In this document: in pieces, positions 16,427-25,104 of the stretch | Position numbering within the stretch: position 1 is the stretch's first letter | Layout: each line of letters opens with the position of its first letter | IMG/VR virus record: IMGVR_UViG_3300033555_000018 | Coordinates: 1-29,572 of that record | DNA length: 29,572 nt | DNA from: a virus | Taxonomy: Duplodnaviria; Caudoviricetes | Strand: one strand, 5' to 3' | Notes under the pieces: generated by a model | Told to the model about the DNA's origin: nothing | The model's input: the letters and a program-made list of their open reading frames with translations, nothing else | Database searches by the model: none | Made by a program: the position numbers and the translations under genes

Positions 16427-16797
16427 AAACTAAAGAAATACGAGCTATAGCCCAAAAGATAGTTGACATTTCAAAGTCAAGTGCCAGACGTGATACAGGA
16501 TTTTTAAAGCGTTCCATTTCTTACACGGTTGAAGGTAACGTTTACATTTTTGTTGAAGTCTTTTATGGTCAATTTGGAACTAACTCAAAGTTAGAACAGA
16601 ACGCTAAAAGGCTAATGCCGAGCGGTGTTAAGTGGCGAATGAGATACACCGATATTAACAGGAGCGTATTACAAGAAGGGTCTATTCAAACAGGTAGAAA
16701 CTCATTAGGCAAGATATTCAACAATTTAAGACAAAGCACAACAGCGGTTACTAACTTAATTAATAGAATTAGAAGAAGTGGCGAAAAGGCGAAATAA
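16420..16797 (+). CDS. HK97 gp10-like neck/tail-completion protein
   Basis: ARRDTGFLKRSISY...YG motif. Confidence 0.65.
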   Translation: MLETKEIRAIAQKIVDISKSSARRDTGFLKRSISYTVEGNVYIFVEVFYGQFGTNSKLEQNAKRLMPSGVKWRMRYTDINRSVLQEGSIQTGRNSLGKIFNNLRQSTTAVTNLINRIRRSGEKAK

Positions 16798-17143
16798 AGA
16801 GCAAATCCAAGCAGATAAAATCATTAGGGCACAACTAATGGTTTTAGGTGAAAAGGTTTATGAGCAAGCTAAAGAGCAATCGAGGGTTGCGAAGGACTTA
16901 TATTATCTTACTGATAGAGTTGGAACTAAAGGTAGTTTAAGAAAGGCAGGCGGAACGCTAAGAGATTCCGTAAACTTTAAGCCAATAAGCGATACTGTTC
17001 TTTTATTAGTACAAGTTAATTACGGAGCTTTTCAACAACCTAATGAATTGATAGAGGCTATTGATGATCATATTGATGAAACGACAAACTTTATAGTAAG
17101 TGAAATAATGGAACAAATGACAGCAGATTATGGTAGTAAGTAA
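16778..17143 (+). CDS. Second HK97 gp10-like protein
   Basis: AKEQSRV...GGTLRDSVNF...NYGAF. Confidence 0.55.
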   Translation: MAKRRNKEQIQADKIIRAQLMVLGEKVYEQAKEQSRVAKDLYYLTDRVGTKGSLRKAGGTLRDSVNFKPISDTVLLLVQVNYGAFQQPNELIEAIDDHIDETTNFIVSEIMEQMTADYGSK

Positions 17144-18626
17144 GATAGTAATATTGCACACCGATAACATCCTTGCCAGGGATAGTTATATTATTGCTTA
17201 CACCGATTCGATAACAGGTATTAGTGGATCTATTGGAGTTGATAATGGAGATTTGAATTTATCCCCTTTTGATTGGTGCCCTTTTTTTGTAACCAATGCT
17301 GTTTATTCAAATGCTTTATTTTCGACAAATATAGCCGGCTCAGGGGATAGCTTTTATTTCCAAGCATTAAATCCTAACATCGTTTTCACAGATTATTATG
17401 GCATAAGACAAGATGCTTTTGGCATTCCAATAGTTATAACAACCGGATTTACAAAAACAATATCAACAGTTACCGTTCCTGATGTTGCGCCAATACCAGA
17501 AGGTTTACCCATAATCAATAGAACGCCAATTGATGCTCAAACCAAAATTAAGTTTTGCAACAGTCCATTGTTTTTAAGGCATTCAATTACTGGATTAGAA
17601 ACATCAATAACAGTAAGTCTATTCATTTGGACAGGCATAATTAAAAAGCCTTTATCATTAGCTAATATTACTTTAAAGAAATCCAAAGTAAGTAACTCGG
17701 ATAATTACATATCAATTGAAATAAGCGACTTAATAAGACCCTATATCAATCCTAACTTTGCATATAACAGAGCAGCAAAGCCAGCTATAACAACGCAAGG
17801 TGTATTTCTTCAAGCGGTCATTGAAACTAATTTAGGTGTTAAAACCTTTACGAATACTAATTTTGTTACGCTCGGTTATAGATGGAACTATGAGCAAAAT
17901 ATTATAGGGGATAACGGAGTTCAAAATTACGGAGCCAGCGGATTTATAGAGACAGTTGAAAAATGGTACAACCCTAAAATACATAATTACTTCTTTCAGG
18001 ATTTTGATTTTACAAAGACAGTTGATAACGCAACAAGTGAAAACATCGTTCGATACAACGCATTTACACCTACTAAATTAAGATGTACACAAGATCCAAG
18101 CTTAATTATTTTCATAAACAAATTAGGACTTTGGGAAACTTTCACGCCTCACGGTAAATTCACAGCATCAAGTAAGGTAACAAGGCAGGACACAAACGTA
18201 AGCCACAGAGACCCTTCGCAAGTTGATAATAGTTTCATTCATTCAAGAGTTAACAACGCCTTAGAAGTGAAGCAAAGCTATGTAATTAATACAGGGAGCC
18301 TGGAAGAGAACATGACATCTATTATTGAAGAGTTGATTTATTCGCCAAAGGTTTATTTAATTAGGTTTAAAGGAGATTTTGAATTAGTTACAACGGTTGG
18401 AATTACGATTGATAGCACATTAGTAACTATTGATAGCACATTAATCACAATCGACAGTCAAACGATTACAGCAGAGTATTTAGGAAGCTTTAAAACACAC
18501 CAACAAATACCAGTTGTGATTACTGACGAAGATTATACCCGCAAAACAAGGGTGAACGATAAGATAGCTATTGATTATAACCTAAAGTTTGAAGAGACTA
18601 ACAATAAAATTAACCAAATAAGGTAG
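17130..18626 (+). CDS. Tail structural protein (distal-tail-like)
   Basis: FINKLGLWETF and IEELIYSPKVY motifs; beta-rich; precedes hub and tape measure. Confidence 0.65.
   Translation: MVVSKIVILHTDNILARDSYIIAYTDSITGISGSIGVDNGDLNLSPFDWCPFFVTNAVYSNALFSTNIAGSGDSFYFQALNPNIVFTDYYGIRQDAFGIPIVITTGFTKTISTVTVPDVAPIPEGLPIINRTPIDAQTKIKFCNSPLFLRHSITGLETSITVSLFIWTGIIKKPLSLANITLKKSKVSNSDNYISIEISDLIRPYINPNFAYNRAAKPAITTQGVFLQAVIETNLGVKTFTNTNFVTLGYRWNYEQNIIGDNGVQNYGASGFIETVEKWYNPKIHNYFFQDFDFTKTVDNATSENIVRYNAFTPTKLRCTQDPSLIIFINKLGLWETFTPHGKFTASSKVTRQDTNVSHRDPSQVDNSFIHSRVNNALEVKQSYVINTGSLEENMTSIIEELIYSPKVYLIRFKGDFELVTTVGITIDSTLVTIDSTLITIDSQTITAEYLGSFKTHQQIPVVITDEDYTRKTRVNDKIAIDYNLKFEETNNKINQIR
18405..18467 (+). 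repeat. Three 21-bp in-frame repeats (TIDSTLV/TIDSTLI/TIDSQTI)
   Basis: Visible at DNA and protein level. Confidence 0.85.
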
Positions 18627-18631
18627 AAATT

Positions 18632-18877
18632 ATGGCAAAATTAGAAGTTGAATTATCTCAAATAGATGAACTAAAACAAATAACATCTAATGTAAATCAA
18701 ATAGTTTCTCTTGTTAATATGAAAAGAGATATTGATGATAGTATTTCAAAACTTAGAAAAATCAAGCCTTGTACTTCTATTGATTATGATGTTATTAATG
18801 AAGATTTAGGATTAAATAAAAGTAGCCGAGTGGGTTATTTAATAGCTTGTTATATTATGGCTAAAGGCTTAAAATAA
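18632..18877 (+). CDS. Hypothetical accessory protein
   Basis: Small ORF between tail genes. Confidence 0.7.
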   Translation: MAKLEVELSQIDELKQITSNVNQIVSLVNMKRDIDDSISKLRKIKPCTSIDYDVINEDLGLNKSSRVGYLIACYIMAKGLK

Positions 18878-18899
18878 ATCAGATTAGGTAGTTAGGTAA

Positions 18900-19130
18900 G
18901 TGAAAAAAAACAAAATGATATTTATAGCGATAATTTTTATATGGATGTTATTAGCTTTTGATTTAGAGTTTACATTAACTACTAAAAACAAAAGATATAA
19001 ACTAAAATACAACGGTTTATTATGGGTGGGATTAGATTATTACACTATTATAAAATACAATAGTAATGATAAAGTAATGCCATGGGTTGAATTAAAAATT
19101 AGAAATAAGCATTTACGAATAATAAGATGA
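18900..19130 (+). CDS. Small accessory protein with N-terminal TM/signal helix
   Basis: MIFIAIIFIWMLLAF; start may be ATG 18915. Confidence 0.65.
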   Translation: MKKNKMIFIAIIFIWMLLAFDLEFTLTTKNKRYKLKYNGLLWVGLDYYTIIKYNSNDKVMPWVELKIRNKHLRIIR

Positions 19131-21277
19131 TAACAGAGGTATTTGTTTCTTTAGATGGCTTAAATTATGAGCGTTTAGACTTAGAAAATGAGGAAAGTAT
19201 ACCTATGCGATACACTTTAAAGGACACGCAAGACATTTCTAAGATATTTAGCCCTTATTCTTTGGACTTTTCGTTTAGTGCAACCCCAAAAAACTTGATT
19301 AATTTGGGTTTTTTCGGTAATACAGAGGTGATAAAGCTCGAAGATTATCGTAAATTAAGGTGTAAAATCTATGTAAACAGCCTATTAAATCAAAATGGAC
19401 TGCTAAAATTAGAGAATATAACCTACAAATTTGGCAAGCCTAGTGTAATTAGTGCAAGTTTCACTACCAATATGAACTCTTTACGTGATAGAATAGGGGA
19501 TGATACACTAGATTTATTAGGAAATAAGATAGTAGGGTGGCTTCCAGTTGACGTTAAGAACTCATTGCAAGCAGTAACCAATACTGATATTGAAGGAGTG
19601 CCATTGAAATACTTCACGCCTTTAGCAAGTTTAAACAGGGTTTGGAATTACAATCAAAATGTAGTTGTATTGGATAACATAGTTTATGATCCGGCTAAAT
19701 TACCAACTTCAAACAATGTAATTAAAGGATCGGAGCTTAGACCTGCTATCAGTCTATCAACTATCATAGAGCTGATTAAAAAGAAATATCAACTATTAAT
19801 TACATCGCCTTTAGAGAATTTAAGCGAATACAAAGACGCTTATGTTTGGTGCATGAATGATAAAATAGTGGGTTTAAATACAACCTCTACTTTTGATTTA
19901 ATTAATGGTTTATCAGTTTTTAAAGTAAGAAATGAAATAAGGGTTGAAGATATTCCACAGCCTAATAAGTATAGCGTAGCATCCAACACCTCAAACAACT
20001 CATTTAAAATAGTTAGGAATAATAATGATAGACCTTACGACACTTTTGTAACCATGACATTGGTGTTTGAAAACGTGGTTATCATGGATTCTCAAACATC
20101 GCCTTCAGTTAACATTTCATTAAATCGATTAGGTAGTGATGAAATATTTATAAGCGAAAGCTTTGAGATAATTAACGGCTCTGCTATCTGTCAAATTCAA
20201 ATACCAGATATTTATCTAGTTTCAGATCAACTAGAATTTCAAGTTCAAACTAAATTTAACACCTCTGCTATTTGGACTAATTCAAAATTAGAATTTAGCT
20301 ATAAATATTATACAATCACAGGTCTATTTAATCGCAGAACACAAGCGACCTTCTTTTATGATTCTAATGTAAATAATAACAACCTATCAATGGGGGGTGC
20401 TAGTATTAATTTAATAAAAGCATTGCCATCTATTAAAGTCATTGACTTTTTAACGTCGTATTTCAAGGCTTTTAATATTGCTGTTTTAGATGTTACTCCA
20501 GATGATGATAGTTTATATTGGTACACACCACAAGATATTTTAGCTAATAAAAAAGAGGCTATTTATGTAGCCGATATTGAAGAAGTACAAAAAACAGTAC
20601 AAGATGATTTTAACTATTATATTTTTAAGCATGCTGATAGTAATTTCAAATCAAATGTAGATTATAAGACTGGTGCCGGGGTTGATTATGGTCAAACGAG
20701 TTTTCCAGAATTAAAGCCAAAAGAAGCGAAGGAGTTTAAGGTAGAAACTAATTTTACTTTAATACCTCCAGTTGGTTTATCAGGCTTAAACGATGTAAAA
20801 ACTATGTACGGTTTTCAAAGCGGCCAGCCCGAAATATTAGAGACAGGCGAAGCGAGATACAACCCTAATTTTGGCGAGCTTGTTTTATTTTACTCACATG
20901 GCAATCAATCAATCAATGGTTCTTTAGGTGTTCAAAGCTCTTTGCTTTCGGGAGCTTTAACGAATGAGCCAATATCATCTTACATTAAGGTAATGCCTTT
21001 TACTTTAGATAATAAAAGCTTTGCGTTTTCGGTATTGGTAAATGATAACGTGGCTTATCGAGATAATTTATTTAGTAGGTATTATTCTGAAATAATTAAA
21101 AGATACGTTGAACAAAACGTTATGAAACACGAGTTTAAGCTCCCTTTAAACGCACAACAAATCAGAGATTTTAGATTAGAAAATGATATTGTAATAGGTG
21201 AGAATAAATTCAGCATTATAGATTCAACTATTGATATAACCACAGGAAAAACAAGTTTAACGCTACTCAATTACTAA
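19127..21277 (+). CDS. Large tail/baseplate hub protein
   Basis: 716 aa beta-rich; DISKIFSPYS..F..ATPKN N-terminus; adjacent to the tape measure. Confidence 0.7.
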   Translation: MITEVFVSLDGLNYERLDLENEESIPMRYTLKDTQDISKIFSPYSLDFSFSATPKNLINLGFFGNTEVIKLEDYRKLRCKIYVNSLLNQNGLLKLENITYKFGKPSVISASFTTNMNSLRDRIGDDTLDLLGNKIVGWLPVDVKNSLQAVTNTDIEGVPLKYFTPLASLNRVWNYNQNVVVLDNIVYDPAKLPTSNNVIKGSELRPAISLSTIIELIKKKYQLLITSPLENLSEYKDAYVWCMNDKIVGLNTTSTFDLINGLSVFKVRNEIRVEDIPQPNKYSVASNTSNNSFKIVRNNNDRPYDTFVTMTLVFENVVIMDSQTSPSVNISLNRLGSDEIFISESFEIINGSAICQIQIPDIYLVSDQLEFQVQTKFNTSAIWTNSKLEFSYKYYTITGLFNRRTQATFFYDSNVNNNNLSMGGASINLIKALPSIKVIDFLTSYFKAFNIAVLDVTPDDDSLYWYTPQDILANKKEAIYVADIEEVQKTVQDDFNYYIFKHADSNFKSNVDYKTGAGVDYGQTSFPELKPKEAKEFKVETNFTLIPPVGLSGLNDVKTMYGFQSGQPEILETGEARYNPNFGELVLFYSHGNQSINGSLGVQSSLLSGALTNEPISSYIKVMPFTLDNKSFAFSVLVNDNVAYRDNLFSRYYSEIIKRYVEQNVMKHEFKLPLNAQQIRDFRLENDIVIGENKFSIIDSTIDITTGKTSLTLLNY

Positions 21278-21278
21278 G

Positions 21279-22961
21279 ATGGAAGACAAAGAACAACGGA
21301 TTAAAATTCAGTTTGATACCAATGCTGATGAAACCTCTAAAAAAGTAGATGGGTTAAGCAGCAAACTTGGTAATAATACAAAAGAAACTGATAAGGTATC
21401 GGAATCGCAAAAGAAAGCGACAAAATCAAGTAAGGGATTAGGCGGTAGTATTGATGATTTAGGCGGTCCAATTGGCAATGCTATATCAGGTTTTAAGGGC
21501 ATGATTAAGCAGGCGTGGCTTTTAGTTGCAAATCCTATTGTGGCTACATTTGTTGCAATCGCTGGCGCTTTAGCTTTGGTGTTTAAAGCATTTACAAGTA
21601 CAAATGATGGTGCTGATAAATTAGATCAGATACTTTCAGGATTAAGTGCTGTTGTTGATGTTTTGCGTGATAGGTTTTTAAAACTTATCTCATTAGATTT
21701 CAAAGGTGCATTTTCAGGAGTAGGAGACGAAATAGAAAAGGAGTTTAAAAGTGCATCTAAATTGGCAAAGGCGATACAAGATGTAGAAGATGCCACAAGA
21801 AATTTGGGTGTTTCAAGAGCAAAACTAAATAAGGATTTAGCAGCTTCAAAAGAAATAATTACAGATGAAACAGCAAGTTATGCCGACAAAAAGAAAGCAA
21901 TTGAAGCAGTTAGAATAGCAGAGGGAAAACAAACGGATTCGGAATTAGCAAACGCTAAAAAGAAGTTAAAATCTATATTAGATCAAAATGCTTTATCAGA
22001 CACAAGCGATGAAGATTTACAAAAAGCAGCCGATGCTCAAAGTGCTTTATATTCTTTAGAGCAGCAACAATCAGACAATAAAAGAGCTTTAAATAAATTA
22101 GATAAAAAAGCAGACAATGAAGAAAAGACAAGGATAAAAGAAATAACAGATGCTAAAAAAGCGGCATATAAAGAAAGATTAGAGGCTCAAAAAGAAGCTG
22201 CTAAGTTAGCAAAAGATGCTTTAGATAAAGAAAACGAAGCCTACTATAAAAAAGTAATTGAAGATGCGACTAAGGCTCAATTAGAATTAAAGGATATAAA
22301 TCAAATAGGATTAGATGCTGATAAAATAATAGCCGATGAAAAGGAAAAATTAAGAGCAGAGGAAGTTAATGCGGAGGTAAGGAAAGGGCAATTATTAGCA
22401 GAACTAGTACAGCAACAAGCTGATATAGACAAAGCAGCATTAAAACAAAAGCAAGAGAACAAGGATAATATACTAGCCACAGGCGAAGCTTTAATTGCAG
22501 GGTTCAACCTTTTAGCTGGTAAAAATAAGAAGATGCAAAAGGCGGCTATTATTGCAGAGTCGGCCGTTTCATTAGGCAAGGTTGGAATGAATATAGCAAC
22601 AGGTATTTCTGCTGATTCAAAAGCGGGAGCTATTCTATCTATACCGCAAATTGCTAAAACAGTAGCAACGGGCGTGTTTGCCGCAGGTTCAATTATTAAG
22701 AATACTTCAACCGCATTAAAGGCTTTGGGCGGAGGTAGTGCTCCAAGTGATGCAGGCGGATCTACACCTAGACCGGGAGGTGGAAGCACAAGTTCAGCAA
22801 CTCCGCAAGTCTCATTCCAAGCATCAAGAGAAAATCAAATTGCTACTAGCGTATCTAAAAACAACGCAAATCAACCGCCTATCCAAGCATTTGTAGTAGG
22901 CAAGCAAGTTACAACACAACAAAGTTTAGATAATAATAAGATTAAATCAAATTCTATATAA
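21279..22961 (+). CDS. Tail tape measure protein
   Basis: Ala/Lys-rich helical coiled coil, hydrophobic ANPIVA segment, Gly/Ser linker near the C-terminus. Confidence 0.85.
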   Translation: MEDKEQRIKIQFDTNADETSKKVDGLSSKLGNNTKETDKVSESQKKATKSSKGLGGSIDDLGGPIGNAISGFKGMIKQAWLLVANPIVATFVAIAGALALVFKAFTSTNDGADKLDQILSGLSAVVDVLRDRFLKLISLDFKGAFSGVGDEIEKEFKSASKLAKAIQDVEDATRNLGVSRAKLNKDLAASKEIITDETASYADKKKAIEAVRIAEGKQTDSELANAKKKLKSILDQNALSDTSDEDLQKAADAQSALYSLEQQQSDNKRALNKLDKKADNEEKTRIKEITDAKKAAYKERLEAQKEAAKLAKDALDKENEAYYKKVIEDATKAQLELKDINQIGLDADKIIADEKEKLRAEEVNAEVRKGQLLAELVQQQADIDKAALKQKQENKDNILATGEALIAGFNLLAGKNKKMQKAAIIAESAVSLGKVGMNIATGISADSKAGAILSIPQIAKTVATGVFAAGSIIKNTSTALKALGGGSAPSDAGGSTPRPGGGSTSSATPQVSFQASRENQIATSVSKNNANQPPIQAFVVGKQVTTQQSLDNNKIKSNSI

Positions 22962-23101
22962 TGGCAAAAGAAAATCGATTGCTTTGTTATCCTAAAATGT
23001 GGATAGTTTTAAAATTAAGAAACGAGGCAAAGAAAAAGGAATGCTCTATGAGTGAGATAATTAGCGAAGCTTTGTTTCAATACTTTAATAAAAAGGCCTA
23101 G
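22961..23101 (+). CDS. Ribbon-helix-helix (CopG/Arc-like) DNA-binding protein, 46 aa (not in ORF track)
   Basis: TAATG coupling; MAKENRLLCYPKMWIVLKLRNEAKKKECSMSEIISEALFQYFNKKA. Confidence 0.75.
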   Translation: MAKENRLLCYPKMWIVLKLRNEAKKKECSMSEIISEALFQYFNKKA

Positions 23102-23104
23102 AGT

Positions 23105-23428
23105 TTATTTATAACATTTAGGGTTTTCTTCACGCATACTTAAAGCGACTGAATAAGCTTCTTCATAACTTTGATACTCTTGAATAGAAAAGTTGTAATT
23201 CCTTTGATTAGACATATCCCAATAATCATATTGGATAGATAATAAAATCTTATCTATTTTTTCTGTTATCATTATTTCGCACTTATCAGGTTTTCTAACA
23301 TCATTAGTTGCAAGCCAAATGCAATTAAACCTTTTTAACTCTTCTAAATACTCTAATAAAGAATTTGTACTTTCAAAAGTAAACTTTTGAACATCGCCCT
23401 TGTAAATTGCTAGATATAATGTTATCAT
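23105..23428 (-). CDS. Hypothetical moron protein
   Basis: Third gene of an opposite-strand coupled operon. Confidence 0.75.
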   Translation of the reverse strand: MITLYLAIYKGDVQKFTFESTNSLLEYLEELKRFNCIWLATNDVRKPDKCEIMITEKIDKILLSIQYDYWDMSNQRNYNFSIQEYQSYEEAYSVALSMREENPKCYK

Positions 23429-23541
23429 TAGCGGGCATTTTCTAAATTGATAGTTTTGATCCGCTTATAAGAATCTATTGAAACGAATATTAGAGCAACC
23501 GTTAAAAGGAAATAAATTAAGTATGCTATTCTGAATTTCAT
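23428..23541 (-). CDS. 37-aa single-TM protein (not in ORF track)
   Basis: MKFRIAYLIYFLLTVALIFVSIDSYKRIKTINLENAR; TAATG overlaps at both ends. Confidence 0.7.
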   Translation of the reverse strand: MKFRIAYLIYFLLTVALIFVSIDSYKRIKTINLENAR

Positions 23542-24008
23542 TATTTTAAAGTATCACTACCAAAGTCAATCTTTGATAAATTATCAATAAGTTTTTTCAC
23601 AAGCGGCTTGCCTAAAATGGTATAACCCGTAACGCCTTTAAATGAATTAAGGTATAGATTAGGACTAAAGTCATAAAGCACTAAACTGTATTCTGTTCTT
23701 TTAAAACTAAAATCAACCTTTTCATCTAAAAGAATTTGCTCGTAAATTTTATTTAAGTCTTTGGTAAAGGCTTCTAGTTCATTTTTATCAACAAAGGATA
23801 TAGCCTTTATATCTGATATTGATGTGTACTTTGCATTTTGAAATATTAAGCTGCAGAAATAGTGAGTTTCGTTTTTATCTAAATCAACATTCTTAGAGTA
23901 GGATAAATTTATTGCACCTATCTTTTCTTCTAAAATCTTAGTTTTTTTAGTTTGAGCAAAAGCAGAAAATGAGATTAACAAGAAGAGGGCAATTAATAAT
24001 TTTTTCAT
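23541..24008 (-). CDS. Secreted/periplasmic moron protein
   Basis: Sec signal MKKLLIALFLLISFSAFA followed by Q. Confidence 0.85.
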   Translation of the reverse strand: MKKLLIALFLLISFSAFAQTKKTKILEEKIGAINLSYSKNVDLDKNETHYFCSLIFQNAKYTSISDIKAISFVDKNELEAFTKDLNKIYEQILLDEKVDFSFKRTEYSLVLYDFSPNLYLNSFKGVTGYTILGKPLVKKLIDNLSKIDFGSDTLK

Positions 24009-24037
24009 GAGATAAATATAGTTAATTATTATACCAT

Positions 24038-24117
24038 AAAAAAAACCCTGTTATCTTGGGAGGACACAGGGCTTTAAACCAATCATAAAACCAATTATAA
24101 ACTAGAACTCAAATATA
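24038..24117 (-). ncRNA. Candidate small RNA (about 65-70 nt) with own promoter and terminator
   Basis: Minus strand TATATTTG at 24117-24110; two ATTGGTTT motifs; hairpin GCCCTGT...ACAGGGT plus T-run. Confidence 0.55.
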
Positions 24118-24125
24118 AACAAAAA

Positions 24126-24142
24126 TCCCACATTTAAATAAC
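24126..24142 (+). repeat. TCCCACATTTAAATAAC box, copy 3, upstream of the head operon
   Basis: Identical to 7122 and 7858. Confidence 0.85.
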
Positions 24143-24201
24143 TTTACGCTTTGTGGCACACATTGTAATAATATCTTTTTATAGTTAAGATATTTACACT
24201 A

Positions 24202-25092
24202 ATGAAAAGATACAAAGCTAAATTAAAGAAAGGTACTGAGGTTGATTCGTTCTCACTTGTTTTAGGTGCGGCCGTTGAAACTAAGCTTTCTAAGTTTGCA
24301 GAGGAAAACGAAAAACCTGTATTTTTTGCCAATGATGAAAAGCGTATTATCTATTCGGTTGCAATGCGACCAGATAAAGATATTTACCGTAAAAATGTTA
24401 ACGGTGAACCCGCTTTAGTTTATTTCGATTCAGAGGAAATAGAGAAAATTCAACAATCATACTTTAGGAATAACAATGCCGGCAAGGTTAAAATGAATAT
24501 TAACCATGCGGATGATAAAGTAGATGGTGTTTATCCTATTGAAAGCTGGATAGTTAACGATCCCGAAATAGACAAATCTAAAACCTTAATGATGGAAGAC
24601 ATCAAAAAAGGTGATTTGGTTATAGGGTACAAAATAGATAACGATCACGTTTGGGAAAACTTTGTAAAGACAGGCGAAGTAGATGGTTTAAGCGTAGAGG
24701 CTTTTTTAGATTACGAAATTAATGAACAAATAAATATGAATACAGAAGAAGAAAAAAAATCTTTATTCGCTCAATTTAAGGCATGGTTTGCAGAAGAAGT
24801 TCCGGCACCAATTCCAGAAGGCGAAGATGAAAAGCCAGATCCTGCAAAAGAGTGGGAGGATAAGTATAATCTTTTATTAGCTGAAAATGCTGACTTAAAA
24901 GAAAAGTTAGCTGGATTGCAAGGCGAAAAAGTAGTTGCCGAAACAGAATTGGAAACTATGAAATCACAGAAGACGCAAGTTGAAAGTGATTTAGCGCATT
25001 TCAAAGCGGAAAAAGTAGCAGTTGTTGATTTGCCAAAAGAAAAATCATTTGAGCAAATGACATCATTAGAAAAATTTAGAGCATCAAAATAA
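24202..25092 (+). CDS. Prohead protease (XkdF-like) with C-terminal scaffold-like coiled coil
   Basis: EKRIIYSVAMRPD...NINH...IESW...VWENFVKTGEVDGLSVE. Confidence 0.85.
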   Translation: MKRYKAKLKKGTEVDSFSLVLGAAVETKLSKFAEENEKPVFFANDEKRIIYSVAMRPDKDIYRKNVNGEPALVYFDSEEIEKIQQSYFRNNNAGKVKMNINHADDKVDGVYPIESWIVNDPEIDKSKTLMMEDIKKGDLVIGYKIDNDHVWENFVKTGEVDGLSVEAFLDYEINEQINMNTEEEKKSLFAQFKAWFAEEVPAPIPEGEDEKPDPAKEWEDKYNLLLAENADLKEKLAGLQGEKVVAETELETMKSQKTQVESDLAHFKAEKVAVVDLPKEKSFEQMTSLEKFRASK

Positions 25093-25104
25093 AAATAAAA
25101 AGAC

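Noticed and set aside
24152-24160. TGTG-G-CACA palindrome upstream of the protease gene
   Set aside because: Single short copy; not distinguishable from chance
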